The position numbers were made by a program, and so were the translations under genes. The notes under the pieces were generated by a model. The model was not told the DNA's origin and did not search any database. It saw only the letters and a list, made by a program, of their open reading frames with translations. Shown here one piece after another: positions 23,402 through 35,460 of a DNA stretch of 64,000 bases. How positions within the stretch are numbered: the stretch's first letter is position 1; each line of letters starts with the position of its first letter. This DNA is from Balanoglossus misakiensis (lineage: Eukaryota > Animalia > Hemichordata), in assembly GCA_040954595.2 (NCBI GenBank), contig CM082576.2:17531028-17595027 (forward strand), read 5' to 3'.

Positions 23402-23521
23402 AAGCCTACGGCACGTGGTATTCCCAGGCGGTCACCCACCCAAGTACTAACCACGCCCAACGCAGCGTAACTTCGGTGATCGGACGAGAACCGGTGTATT
23501 CGACGTGGTATGGCCGTAGGC
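23402..23521 (-). rRNA. 5S rRNA copy 13 (A55C and A83G variants; possible pseudogene copy)
   Basis: 'gtcacccacc' (23439) and 'cgcagcgtaa' (23467) differ from the consensus, in box C and box A. Confidence 0.9.
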
Positions 23522-24259
23522 AAAGACTGCTTGAATTTCTGCGATTATTAAGCCAACGGAAGCTTCACTAACACATAGGCGTACACACAGAGCACGCGGC
23601 ACGATAATTTGTGTGCGTGGCTAGCTGATTGACCGACCCTATCTTACAATTTATATGGGAGAGAGCGGTTTTGTCTTGTTATATCCTGCAAAAAGTGACC
23701 ATCGGTGGAGAAATAATGCATGACGTGATAATTTGTGTGTGGCCGATCGACCGTTCCTGTCTTTGTGTACACGTATGTTATGCAAAACACAGTGTTCGAA
23801 AAACGCCTGTCCGTCCGACAGTCCGAGGCTGGTTGTTTTTCCCACCACTGAGACTGGTAGAAAAAAGTGACCAGGTTGAATATTTAGGCCTAGCGTAGAG
23901 TTGACTTGTTTGCGGTATCATATAGACGTATACGTGACCCCATCGTGACCCTGGCTGTCCGGGATAGCACCACCAACGATATCTTTTAGACCATCTTCTG
24001 TTCCTTAGGCCCCTAATTGCAATTAATTACCGTCCCTATCGTATATAGGAGAGAAAGGGTTTGTCTTGGTATGTTATGCAAAACACATGAATGATGAATT
24101 TAAAAAAGATAGAAATTGACGTTTATGACATCATTCAGACTAGACGTAACTGACCCCAAAAGGTCCCAATGGTATATTAACATTATACAATGGACGTTTA
24201 CGACGACAAAAAAGAAGCATTTTTAATGCAAAAGTTACGAAAAAAGAAAAATTGAATTC

Positions 24260-24379
24260 AAGCCTACGGCACGTGGTATTCCCAGGCGGTCACCCATCCA
24301 AGTACTAACCACGCCCAACGCAGCTTAACTTCGGTGATCGGACGAGAACCGGTGTATTCGACGTGGTATGGCCGTAGGC
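24260..24379 (-). rRNA. 5S rRNA copy 14 (last in the array)
   Basis: Same 120-nt sequence. Confidence 0.98.
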
Positions 24380-25590
24380 AAAGACTGCTTGAATTTCTGC
24401 GATTATTAAGCCAACGGAAGCTTCACTAACACATAGGCGTACACACAGAGCACGCGGCACGATAATTTGTGTGCGTGGCTAGCTGATTGACCGACCCTAT
24501 CTTACAATTTATATGGGAGAGAGCGGTTTTGTCTTGTTATATCCTGCAAAAAGTGACCATCGGTGGAGAAATAATGCATGACGTGATAATTTGTGTGTGG
24601 GCGATCGACCGTCCCTGTCTTTGTGTACACGTATGTTATGCAAAACACAGTGTTCGAAAAACGCCTGTCCGTCCGACAGTCCGAGGCTGGTTGTTTTTCC
24701 CACCACTGAGACTGGTAGAAAAAAGTGACCAGGTTGAATATTTAGGCCTAGCGTAGAGTTGACTTGTTTGCGGTATCATATAGACGTATACGTGACCCCA
24801 TCGTGACCCTGGCTGTCCGGGATAGCACCACCAACGATATCTTTTAGACCATCTTCTGTTCCTTAGGCCCCTAATTGCAATTAATTACCGTCCCTATCGT
24901 ATATTGGAGAAAAAGGGTTTGTCTTGGTATGTTATGCAAAACACTTGAATGATGAATTTAAAAAAGATAGAAATTGACGTTTATGACATCATTCAGACTA
25001 GACGTAACTGACCCCAAAAGGTCCCAATGGTATATTAACATTATACACCAAATTGGACTTAAAAAGCCAAAAATTGAAAGCTGTTTGAATTTCTGCGACT
25101 ATTAACCCAAAGAAAGCTTTAGCCTACTAACACACACACAGCACGAGAACGAACGGGTTTGTCTTGCTAAAATAGATGTTCTGCAAAATAAAATTAAAAA
25201 ATTGAATGATTATGGAATTAAGGTAGTTAGAGAAAACATGAATTTAAAGAAAAAAAGAAAAAAAATGTGACTGCATGTTGCAATTTGAACACGCTATTGC
25301 TATAGGTTCACATTCAGGCCCATGGCCGGGCAAAACTAATCCCGATGATTGTGACAAGATAAGCTAATCTTTAATAAGCATGGAATCTGTTAAATATGTG
25401 TGAACTAGCCCGCATGGTTGAAGTTCTCACTCTCACAAGTTTAGGTGTGTGACACACATAATGAGATTGGCAGAGAGAAAATATTATCGACATGACTTCA
25501 AGTTACAATCTCTAAGATATTTTTTTAAAGAGATTTCATCTTATTATTCTGTTGCCGTCTCATAGTGTTGACATTTTATTTTCTTACGAT

Positions 25591-25653
25591 TTGACGTAAT
25601 GTTTGTATACGTGAAATTACGCACATGCGCATAAGACGATCATCGGCCTTTAA
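25591..25653. repeat. Short dispersed repeat or transposon end (other copies at ~28023-28055 and 31821-31882)
   Basis: Shared 'gaaattacgcacatgcgcataagacgatc(a/g)tcggccttta'; the CCT+TTAA end resembles Kolobok-type termini. Confidence 0.6.
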
Positions 25654-25824
25654 GTTTTTGGTTAGTGGGCGGATCAATCCGATGTATTCACTGAGCCTTC
25701 ACATTGTTTATTCATCGCGTGCATAATGAACCAAACATAAGAATTGCAAATATGCGAGACTTCAGACGAGCTACTTTACGCATGACTTCAACAGCGAGTG
25801 ATTACAGGCAAGTAGTGGTTAAAC

Positions 25825-26038
25825 ATGGAAAGTCACAAGGGTGGACAATCAGAGATTGGAAGTCTTGAGATCGGTCCCGAGGAACGACATCGACTCACTG
25901 AGAAAATTACGGCGGTAGTCGAGGAACACTTAGAGAAAGTTGGAAGAAAAGAGTCGCCTTGGTTTTATCGGAAAACCTGCGGAACAGGCGGCCACGGTTT
26001 GTTGGATTTCAGTATCGACGAGAATCCGAAAGATATAG
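25825..26038 (+). CDS. Decarboxylase exon 1
   Basis: ATG MESHKGG...SLEIGPEERHRL...ENPKDI, donor G|gtaagg, phase 1 matches exon 2. Confidence 0.75.
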
Positions 26039-27294
26039 GTAAGGTGTGTTTTTGATAGCATATCTCTTTCTAAACAGATTTTTCATTCTCCTGAGTAGAT
26101 AGAGCGAGAAGTGATAAACAGATATTATCTCACCAAACGTATATGTGTTTATACAAGATTTAGTTTGTTCAAATGGAGTTTCATCCAACTTGACATTCCC
26201 GCAGTATGGACGGTTTCAAAGATGTAGAATGGGTTCTTGCGCGATCAAATCAGTAAGATTGAACTTTTCTGTATCAACATGTTGACATTGTTAGTTCTGT
26301 TGAAGTCGGTTAATAATTATTTAATTAACGGAATTTAAACTTTGACTTTCTTCAGTGAAGTTTGACCTCTGTCAAATCTGAGTGTGCTTCCGTCGCTGGA
26401 AAGATGGCACCCGTTCTTTTTGACTTTGTCTATACTGAAGGTCAGTCACCGCTTAAGGTCTGCGTAAAATTGGTGCGTGAAACTTGACACGTGGTGTTTC
26501 TGCAAGTCGTGTACGTACTTGGGTCAGTAAACACTCAGTCAAGAAAATAACATGTTGATAAGTTTCAGTATTTGTATGTACCATTCTATGTTTGTTGACG
26601 AATATTTTTGCCAACCTTGTACTTGGAATAGCCAATGGATTCAAATCACATGTGGAGTACAGCAAGAAATTGCATTTGATACACAGAAGAAAAATACTGA
26701 AATTAAAGCTAAAAGTTACAGCTAATGCCGAGTCCATATAAAACAAAAGTACCGTACCGACATTTCGTAGTAGCCCTAATGATCTACGAAAGATAGACAC
26801 CGTATGCTTTAATAAAATGGTCTATAGGCGAAAGTACTAGTATATCAAACTGGCGAGAAATCGGTTAAAGTTCACCGTGTCCTTCCACAATGGTGTGGGA
26901 GAACTAACATTAAGAAAACACACTTTTCTTTTTCTCTACTGAACCAGAAAGCGAAGGCCACTCGTCAAATGACGATGACCAGAATGACATGCGGCACTGG
27001 ACCGGCAAGTCTTCGGTAGCCCCAGTAGCTACCACATTTCATATTCACATATGTTGGCAGTGCCCTGTACCCTGTTAAAACAACATTGTATTATTGGCCT
27101 TGGTCTGTCATTGAAACTAGAAGACATTGGAGGCTAGAATCTCATGCAGTTTCCTTCCCATTTCAATGCCATATATTTCGTGGCTGAGCAGATAATTGAA
27201 CGAAAAATCTTAGTTAGAGTGTTTCCATCGTGGGTTTGATTTTGATATTTTCGAATTGTGTATTATGATAATGATGGTATGCTTTATGATTCAG

Positions 27295-27444
27295 ATACGA
27301 TCCTTCAAATCTACAAAAATGATGGCATGTATAGTGGAGTGGATCTTTGCCATGGCGGACATCTTGGATTAATATTGAGTGGTACTTGCGTCTACCCAGC
27401 TGCATTAGGGGATTATCTCGCTTCAAGCATCAATCGACACTCCT
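27295..27444 (+). CDS. Decarboxylase exon 2
   Basis: ttcag| DTILQ...HGGHLGLILSG...YPAALGDYLASSINRHS |gtaagt. Confidence 0.85.
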
Positions 27445-27735
27445 GTAAGTAATGTTTACAATTAGAAATGATGTCGTGTGAGGTGTTCAAAACAGTCAAC
27501 CCTGTGTTAGTGACCACCTCTATACAGTGGCCACCTCTAAATAGGCCTAGTGGCCATTTTGTTACACATTCAAATCCATGATGGCTGCATGAGGGCACGA
27601 GACATAAAGGGTGTATGACATATAGAAATATAGATGTGTATGGTTGCATTATTTTCCTCCAGTAAACAGGCATGCAGGTAAAATCTGTTTTCAAGAAAAA
27701 TGGTTGGTGACGCGTGGATTGTCTCTGCTTTTCAG

Positions 27736-27919
27736 GTGCACGTCTTCTGTCCCCTGGTGGTGCTGCTATGGAACGCGTCTTGATATCCTGGGTGGCCAGT
27801 CTTTTCGACTTCCCAGCAGGCTTTTCTGGCAACTTGACTTCCGGTGGTTCACTGGCGACAGTGTTGTCATTGCTGACAGCAAGGCACAGTCGTCATATCA
27901 AAGCGCGAGATTTCGAAAG
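27736..27919 (+). CDS. Decarboxylase exon 3
   Basis: ttttcag| SPGGAAMERVLISW...GNLTSGGSLAT...IKARDFE; the expected donor reads GA, not GT. Confidence 0.85.
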
Positions 27920-28364
27920 GATTTTGAAGCATCGTTATTAAATAGATGGTTTTCTGCTTATTGGTTATTAAATACAGACTCAGATTCTGATTCAGATTTC
28001 TGTACCCAGAGTCTCTTGTTTGGCACATGCGCATAAGACGATCGTCGCCCTTTAATAGATAGGATAAGTGCGCGAGTCGAAGAGTTCCTGCCCAGCTACC
28101 ATGTGGGCAGTGGTGAGGCTTATCCCTGGGGAGGCATGGCAGCTCACGTAAGGTCGCGTGTTGATGACATGACCCAAGGCCATCTATCATCCACCGAGAG
28201 TGCATGTGCAGCTACAGTGTACATACGGAGAAAGTACGGTGTTTTGGTGTGGGAGGCACATATAATTAGATATTTTACTACACTTCGTGAAAATTAACTC
28301 AGGAAAGTAAATATAACAGTTTGCCTTTGTATCAATTACGTTACTGTGACAGGAGTGTCTGGCA

Positions 28365-28646
28365 TGCTCCGATAGAAATTATGGAATGTTTGGTTAAAGT
28401 AACTGGATTACAACTTGATATAGGTAAGTAAACTAATTTGAGTTGATGGCTGGGGAAAGTAATCATGGATGAAAATTTCAGAGCATGGTTTGATGATGAC
28501 CTACCACGTGGGTGGAAAATACTCCTGCCATGTGGGTGGAAGCCTGCTCCGATAGAAATTATGGAATGTTTGGTTAAAGTAACTGGATTACAACTTGATA
28601 TAGGTAAGTAAACTAATTTGAGTCGATGGCTGGGGAAATTAATCAT
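28365..28646. repeat. Local direct duplication (~100 bp repeated at 180-bp spacing)
   Basis: tgctccgatagaaattatggaatg...ggctggggaaa at 28365 and 28545. Confidence 0.9.
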
Positions 28647-29404
28647 TAATCATTACTTTCTCCTATAAAAATCAATGATAAAGTTGCAACTCGCGGGGCT
28701 TTAATTGATAGAAAGATCAGAAGTTTTAAATAAATAAAAAAACTCGAGGATGGGAACGGAACAGTTACAATTTGAAAGTTCAACAATGCTGGTTTGGTAA
28801 TTTGCTTAGCATAGCAACCAACAAGCATTTGTATGCAGACGTTACCAACAAAACGGCATTTGGATTTTCCGAAATCACCCTTGACATATAACAAACTAGT
28901 TTTATAGTTCTACAGTATTATCGACTTCTCACCCATTATTCGATATAATGGCATATCGGCACCTACCAGCATCTTTCTTTTAAAAAATTTAACTGGGGAG
29001 TTACATGGTATTGATTTATCCAATAACAGCGGCTGCAGCTGGTCATGGACTTGACATTATTACCATGAAATATTAGACTATTTAATAAAGACATACATGA
29101 CACTCATTACCATTTAACATTTTACAATATGTTTTCACTTAGAAATTCAACGCTATAACAAACTCAAACCTTAGTTTCTGAATGATAATTTGTATGATGT
29201 CAAATCAGGTGTTCGTCACGATCTCTCCTATGGCATAAGACAACTAGAGAGATTGGTCAGTTATTTTGTGATCAAATGACTTGCTAGAGACCTACTTCTA
29301 CCTGTAGTAGACTCTAGACACAATCTTCATTTTTAGAACTTCTTATCAATTTTCCCCATCATAGACGAAATGGCATGGTATATAGACTATAGGGACCGAT
29401 CATG

Positions 29405-29555
29405 GTGATTTTGATGATGGTAACAACAACAACAATACAACATAATACAATGCAATGTAATAATAATAACAATACAAAAATAACAACGACGACGACAACA
29501 ATAATAGTAATAATAATGATGATGATGATCATCATCATCATCATAATAATAATAC
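29405..29555. repeat. Compound trinucleotide microsatellite (AAC/AAT/GAC/GAT/CAT)
   Basis: Direct reading. Confidence 0.85.
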
Positions 29556-30806
29556 CAAAGCCTCAAAAATGTTTACAGATAAAAACAAAGTAAATACAAT
29601 GACACTGCAATGAAAATATCTACCCGCAAAATAAAATCGAAATCGAACATCTTATTTTTAAAAATTCATCACAGCAGAGTAAAAACAAAATTATAAAAGA
29701 AAACTTGTGGAGCGTTCCCATATCACAAGTAATTTATGTAAAAATGTATAATCTAACCTAAAACATGCACTAAAACAAATGAAGTGGCTAGCACCCAAAA
29801 ATAATAAAACATCAAAGTTTTAATCAACCATTTAAAGATTGTTAACAAAGTGTGTTTCGATGTCGTTAAACTTAGCCACAATATGAGCTGTACAAGACTT
29901 TTTTGCATTACAAAGTACAGTAATTCATTAAAATTGTCTTTTTGCTAATTGTAGATTAAAGAGACATACTATCTCAAAAAATGTCATGCTTAAAATTCAA
30001 ATAACAGCTATATTTCGTGGTTTACGTATCTTTGTTGTAGGATCGTACATCGTAATCGTATTATGTTGGTTGGGGTATGAACAGAAACGACTACGTTAAC
30101 ATTTCACATTGAGGGCGTTCTCCACATGCTACCCCCCCCCCCCCCCCCCCCTCCCTCCGCCGCTCGCTCGCTCGCTCACTTCGGACATCGTATACCACTG
30201 ATACGATGGACCAACTGTCTTGTCATGATAAATCGTGTAAAGAACGCAGTAAACTGAATGCTACTTTATACAGTATACTATAGTATTTCGAGTCAATTTC
30301 CCGATCCAGTATGCCTCCATAGGTGCCCCAAATTGAGAAAGATCGCGCGTTTTTCCGACGTTTAATGTGCATCACATTCACAACGATATTTTTGAAATCT
30401 AGGCTATATTTACCCAGATCGATTTTCATGAAGTAATTTCACATCTGCACGTCGTATGTTACAGTAAATAAGACGTTAGCATAGTGCGAACGTCGAAAGA
30501 AGAGTGCATGCGTTTAAATGCGGAACTACGTGACTATCTGTCACTCTCTCTTGCACTAACTGTGAAATTTCCGCAAATAATGGTTTTTAAATTCTTTAGA
30601 CACAACGAAATAACATTTCCGTGTAGTAATTTTAAGAACTGGAGGCTGTATTTTGCATGAAATAGTGCGAACGCGCAGACTACGAATGCAAATGTGATCT
30701 GCGTCCCCTGGGATCCACCACAGCTCTGCTCACATGGTAGGAAGGCAGGTTCTCTCTGACGCGCGCACATACTATCTGCTTTAATAACCGGTTTCCTTCT
30801 CTGCAG

Positions 30807-30963
30807 GACTGTTATCTACGTCACTGGTGCCATGCACTCATGCGCACACAAAGCCTTGAATGTGATTGGTTTAAGCGAGGCCATTATTCGAACAGTCCCC
30901 ATGGACGAAAAGTTCCGAATGATTCCGAATGAGCTGCGAAAGATGGTCAGAGATGATATTCTG
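30807..30963 (+). CDS. Decarboxylase exon 4
   Basis: ctgcag| TVIYVTGAMHSCAHKALNVIGL...MVRDDIL |gtaatt. Confidence 0.9.
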
Positions 30964-31405
30964 GTAATTATTAAAACATTCAAATACTCTTTCGCTTCTC
31001 TACGTTTGAGTGCCGTTCTTATTTTTGATGCAAAACTTCAAGGATATCACATTCATTGACTAGAAAATGAAAGTCGGCTCCTACCCTTTTAAAAGCTCCA
31101 TTTAGCTGTAACTTTTTGCTATTTTTCTAGCATTTATATTTTGTGTACCAAATGCAATTTCATGTCCCACGCCAAACAGCATGTTAATTTACCCAAATAC
31201 TCAGCTTGTAAACATAGCCTGTATGTGTGTATTGGCCATTGTTATATTGACAAATTAATTCTAGTCCGAACTTGAATTCAAATTTTGCACAATAACCATG
31301 ATGAATATACATACATGCATATGGGTTGTGTTGATAAGCTAATCGATGGGCACTGCAATAGATACACAAAAATTATGAAAACCAACTCCCGTGTTTTGTT
31401 TCCAG

Positions 31406-31622
31406 ACTGGATTGATACCATCCATCGTGGCTGTGACGATCGGCACCACAAACTACGGCTCCGTGGACCCTGTTGATGAAATAGCCGACATCACTGAAGA
31501 ATTCGATCTGTGGCTTCACGTGGACGCCGCCTACGGTGGATTCTTCGTCTTGGTAGAAGAAATGAAGCACCATTTCAACGGAGTTCGCAGATCAGATTCG
31601 TTTATCGTGGATCCGCATAAAA
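31406..31622 (+). CDS. Decarboxylase exon 5 (PLP-binding core)
   Basis: tccag| TGLIPS...GTTNYGSVDP...WLHVDAAYGG...DPHK |gtatgc. Confidence 0.93.
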
Positions 31623-32000
31623 GTATGCAGTAGCTTTATTAGCTTATCATCCACAAGTCTAGTGTGTGTGTTTTTTTGCGCTATGCTCCACACACAGTCT
31701 AACCACAGAGAATTATTCAGGGAAAGTCAGTTCTTCTGTCCCTCTCTAATAGGCACAATTCTAACCGGAACACCCAAGCTACCCTGCTCGCGCACAGTAT
31801 AAACAATGGCACATTTGGATTGGACGTAATGTTCGTACACACGAAATTACGCACATGCGCATAAGACGATCGTCGGCCTTTAGGGCAATAGTATCATCAA
31901 CTATTGCCCAACAACAGTCCCTGTGCATGTGGAAAGGTATACATGCCTGAATTCCATTCAGTGCTTTGACAACATTTATTTTATTCCTCCCAACTTGAAG

Positions 32001-32166
32001 GTTTATTCCTGCCGTTGGGAATCGGCATGGTTATCATCAGAGAAGGTTATAAACTACGGGCAGCCAACACAGTGGACACAAAGGCGTCATATTTACGAGA
32101 TGTTAATACGACCGACTGCGAGCAAAATCCCAAGGATTTGTCATTTGAACTTTCAAAGCACTTCAG
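32001..32166 (+). CDS. Decarboxylase exon 6
   Basis: LFLPLGIGMVIIREG...SYLRD...DLSFELSKHF; GC donor AG|gcaaga. Confidence 0.88.
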
Positions 32167-32537
32167 GCAAGATTAAAATGTCCTGATTATAACCATAGGA
32201 TAAATATACATGTTATACAAGTTACGCCAACGTAAATGCAGTTAATGAATTTTTTCTTTAAAATAATCATTCTTCTCAACACAATAGTATTCTCTTCATT
32301 TTTAAAATGAACGAACTGACGATCAACAAACAAAGAAAACAAAGGAACATTCACAATCAGACTGTCATTGCCATTATTGTGTCAATGCGTTAAACATTGG
32401 TTATCAATGAAATTTGCTCTGTCAAAATGTCGTTAGAAGACAGATTCAATTCGGTGAAACCAATCGTGTTGTGAAGATGTCAAACTCAGCAACTCGGTAT
32501 TCGCCACTGTAATTAAAAAAGTCTTCTTTTGTGACAG

Positions 32538-32644
32538 GGGTGTCAGAATGTGGCTGCCTTTACAACTGTACAGGGTCAATGCTTTTCGGCAATGTCTGAA
32601 AGAGAAGATCGGTCTAGCCAGGTACTTCACCTCCAGGCTTTCAG
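32538..32644 (+). CDS. Decarboxylase exon 7
   Basis: gacag| GVRMWLPLQLYRVNAFRQCLKEKIGLARYF |gtaggt. Confidence 0.88.
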
Positions 32645-33030
32645 GTAGGTTGATGTTCTTATCGGTGCGCGTTTTATTTAGGTACACATTTAACCATACA
32701 TATAGGCATGTGTAAATTGGATGCAATGACATTCTTATATTTTAAGTGGAAGTATTAAAGCTAACTGTAATTGTTTGCATTATTTCAGTAGTAGATCAGT
32801 TATAATTGTCTTCTAAGATGTCATGATCACATGGTGAGCATTGGCCTGAGTTACCATGGTTAGAATCATTTGACATGCAAAAAGACAAATTAAAAAAAAA
32901 TAGATGAAAAGGCTACACTGTGTGTGGAACACAACAAAATAAACACACGAGTCTTGATTCTAGACTAGACCTATATGCCTGCTGCAATAATAAGTCAACT
33001 TTCTATTTTAATTTTTTTATTGACCTCCAG

Positions 33031-33294
33031 ATCTACCAGGGTTTGTGGTTGATAACTACCCACAGTTGTCAATAGTTACGTTTCACTACGAGACCGGAAA
33101 TGACGTCAGCAACGAAAGAGCCAATCAAGAACTGCACGACATGATCATAAAGGACGGTTCGGTGTTTCTTTCGTCAACACGAATTTGTGGCAAATTCCGA
33201 CTGCGAATCTGTGTTGCATTTTCGTTGCCATAGGGATACAATAGACTTCTTTGTGTCATTTCTTGAAGACAGTGCAAAGAAAATTAGATATTAA
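33031..33294 (+). CDS. Decarboxylase exon 8 (frameshift at ~33213; as-is stop 33233, restored-frame stop 33294)
   Basis: ctccag| LPGFVVDNYPQLSIVTF...VFLSSTRICGKFRLRICV, then HFRCHRDTID... in another frame. Confidence 0.82.
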
Positions 33295-34077
33295 ACGTGA
33301 ACCTAGGTGCAAACTGCTTTATACAGTCCCGGCAGGCTGTTCAGAGTGAGGTTTTTCGTATGCCGAATGTTACTGTTCGACGCAGTAACGTTACGCCTAG
33401 ATGTTACCTGAACTAGTATTCACGTTCATGAGTTTTGAATAAACGCTTGTTGCACCTGAAAAACAACCCAAAAGTTTTCAAAATAAAAGATCATATATCT
33501 GATGACGCACATCTTTTATTACCCTTCAATGAATATTTTTAAAGTCACGAGTTCATGATAAAATATTAATGTTCAATATTAAGACTTACACACTGTGTAT
33601 AAAGATATCGGATTTTATATAATTTCTCTACCTATAGATATGCACATACACATCAGAGTTTTATATAACTTGAATTTTCAGGCATTTGGTTTGGTATGTT
33701 GAAAAAAATATGTTGACCAACATCGTATTATATTATTCCAAATCTATTCCTTATGTTTCGAACAAGCCAATCAGAATATTTTTTGTATTCCTGTCATGTA
33801 GAACTACAGTGAACAAACAAATAAAGATACCAACAAAGAGATTGATTGAACCGACCCCTTCACCTAGTTCCGCCTAATGAGTTCAAAGTACAAATATCTC
33901 ATCATTTAAAAAATAACACGCTTTTCCGTTTATCAATCATGGACGCATGGTGATTAAATAAAAAACACAGAACGTGTTTCGAAACGAAAGGAAATATACA
34001 GGGGCGAAGCATTGTGTCGTGTAGATTGCAGACTTTTGCCCACCACTAAACTAACAAAAGAACAAGATCAGCGGAAA

Positions 34078-34398
34078 ATTGTGTTTGGCACAGTCCTGGC
34101 CAACATCGTCTCGCCAACCTTTGACCTTATAAACCAGAACCATGTTCGTCCTCTTCCAGTTGTTCATACGATTTTCACCATTTTTAAATGATAAACTTCA
34201 GTTATGTCAACTGTAAAGGGCGTCAACTAGGACGTGTCCACACACACCGGGCTGAGACCAGGGTCGGTCAGACAGTCCTTTTCGACTGGGACACAAAATT
34301 TCCGGACAATGGCCAGACCCGTTCACACCTGTCTTTCTGCTCGGCCACATACCTGTCTAGGACTGGAGCCTAGCCTTTTTTGAGCAATGTGAACGGCC
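34078..34398 (-). mobile_element. Internally deleted copy of a PIF/Harbinger-like element
   Basis: Diverged direct repeat of both ends of 35461-36045; terminus ...atgtgaacggcc. Confidence 0.5.
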
Positions 34399-35460
34399 TT
34401 TATGTATTAAAACGGTGCCGCACCCATTTAATCAGCCTCCATACAAACAGTCCACAGCTATCGTGGTATTCGTCGCCAAGAGATGACAAACTGATGCAAA
34501 TGCAAGTAATATGGCTTAATGGTGAGGATTTTAGAAGATAGGGAATATATTTGAAGCATTTTACTGTGGAAAAAATATGTGAAATTTGGAGCACCGACCA
34601 CAAGATAGGTGTGAACACACTTTCCAAACCTGTCATTATTGGTCACAGCTGGTGCAGCTCAGAAAAGGTTGTAATCGGAACAGCACATCATATCATTTTT
34701 TTGGCCTAAGCAAATGAAATTCGTCTTGAAAAGAGATCCCGAAGACTTCAAGTCAGCGTTCGCCTTCGCCATGACTTGTGAGCTGGTGGTTGACCTGCCT
34801 GACGGAGACGCCCAGTCCACATTGACGGACAACGATCTGAAAAACCTATCACTGATGTCGGCCGAGGGAAACAAAATGCTTGCGGACGATTAGAATACTG
34901 ATTCAACAGTTCGTCGCACCCGTGACCCAGCTGTCATTAACAATGGTGCAGTACTTGAAAAAAACTACTTACGTTTTGTAATAACGCGCTTAATGTTATA
35001 TAATGGCGCGATATGAAATACATGGACAGAAACTACAATGTACGGGACGACATTATACTCTCTCAAAGCCCTTCTCGTCGTCCATGCAGGCTTATGGACT
35101 GATTGCATGTGTGCCCGGCGAGAGGGGCTCTAAGGTTCGCTACACAACACCAAACGGTGCTTCTCCCTTGCCAAACGGTTGAGGGCGCGTCAGTGAAGAG
35201 CCTAATTGTAGCGAACCGTGGGCTGTGAGAGAGTCTAGGGACGACATTTACAGTCAATTATTCGATGTTTCTAATGCGAATTTGGCTATTTTTTTGTCGT
35301 GTGAGAAATAGAATCTCACACACCAAGGACCTGAGGTCCTATTTGTCACACTCGTCGGGGATTTTTGTCCCACACTCGCCAGGACATACAAATACGTAAG
35401 GCCCATGGCCGGGAAAAACTAATCCTGATGATTTTGACAAGATTTTTAGTCACCGTTTAC

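Larger units (their letters stand above)
1..25270 (-). repeat. Tandem 5S rDNA array, unit ~1305 bp (120-bp gene plus ~1.18-kb spacer), interrupted by an LTR element; open at the left window edge, ends at ~25270
   Basis: Near-identical units recur every ~1300-1307 bp (same spurious ORF at 924, 2230, 3537, 4838, 6144, 7442, 8748, 10055 ...). The last partial unit stops at 'aaaaatgtga|ctgcatg'. Confidence 0.98.
25825..33294 (+). pseudogene. Group II PLP-dependent (aromatic) amino-acid decarboxylase, 8 exons: 25825-26038, 27295-27444, 27736-27919, 30807-30963, 31406-31622, 32001-32166, 32538-32644, 33031-33294; appears damaged (GA donor, last-exon frameshift)
   Basis: Phase-compatible exons give GNLTSGGSLAT, HSCAHKA, GTTNYGSVD, WLHVDAAYGG, DPHK (PLP lysine), SLFLPLG, ELSKHFRGVRMWLPL, VFLSSTRI. 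Family is secure; pseudogene status is uncertain. Confidence 0.75.

Noticed and set aside
924-24756. Recurrent 65-90 aa ORFs (MTDPILQF..., MVGKTTSL...) in each 5S unit
   Set aside because: Spacer DNA; non-ATG starts; a 4-bp indel changes the frame between copies; no recognisable domain
29359-29593. Poly-Ile/Met/Thr ORFs
   Set aside because: Translation of a trinucleotide microsatellite
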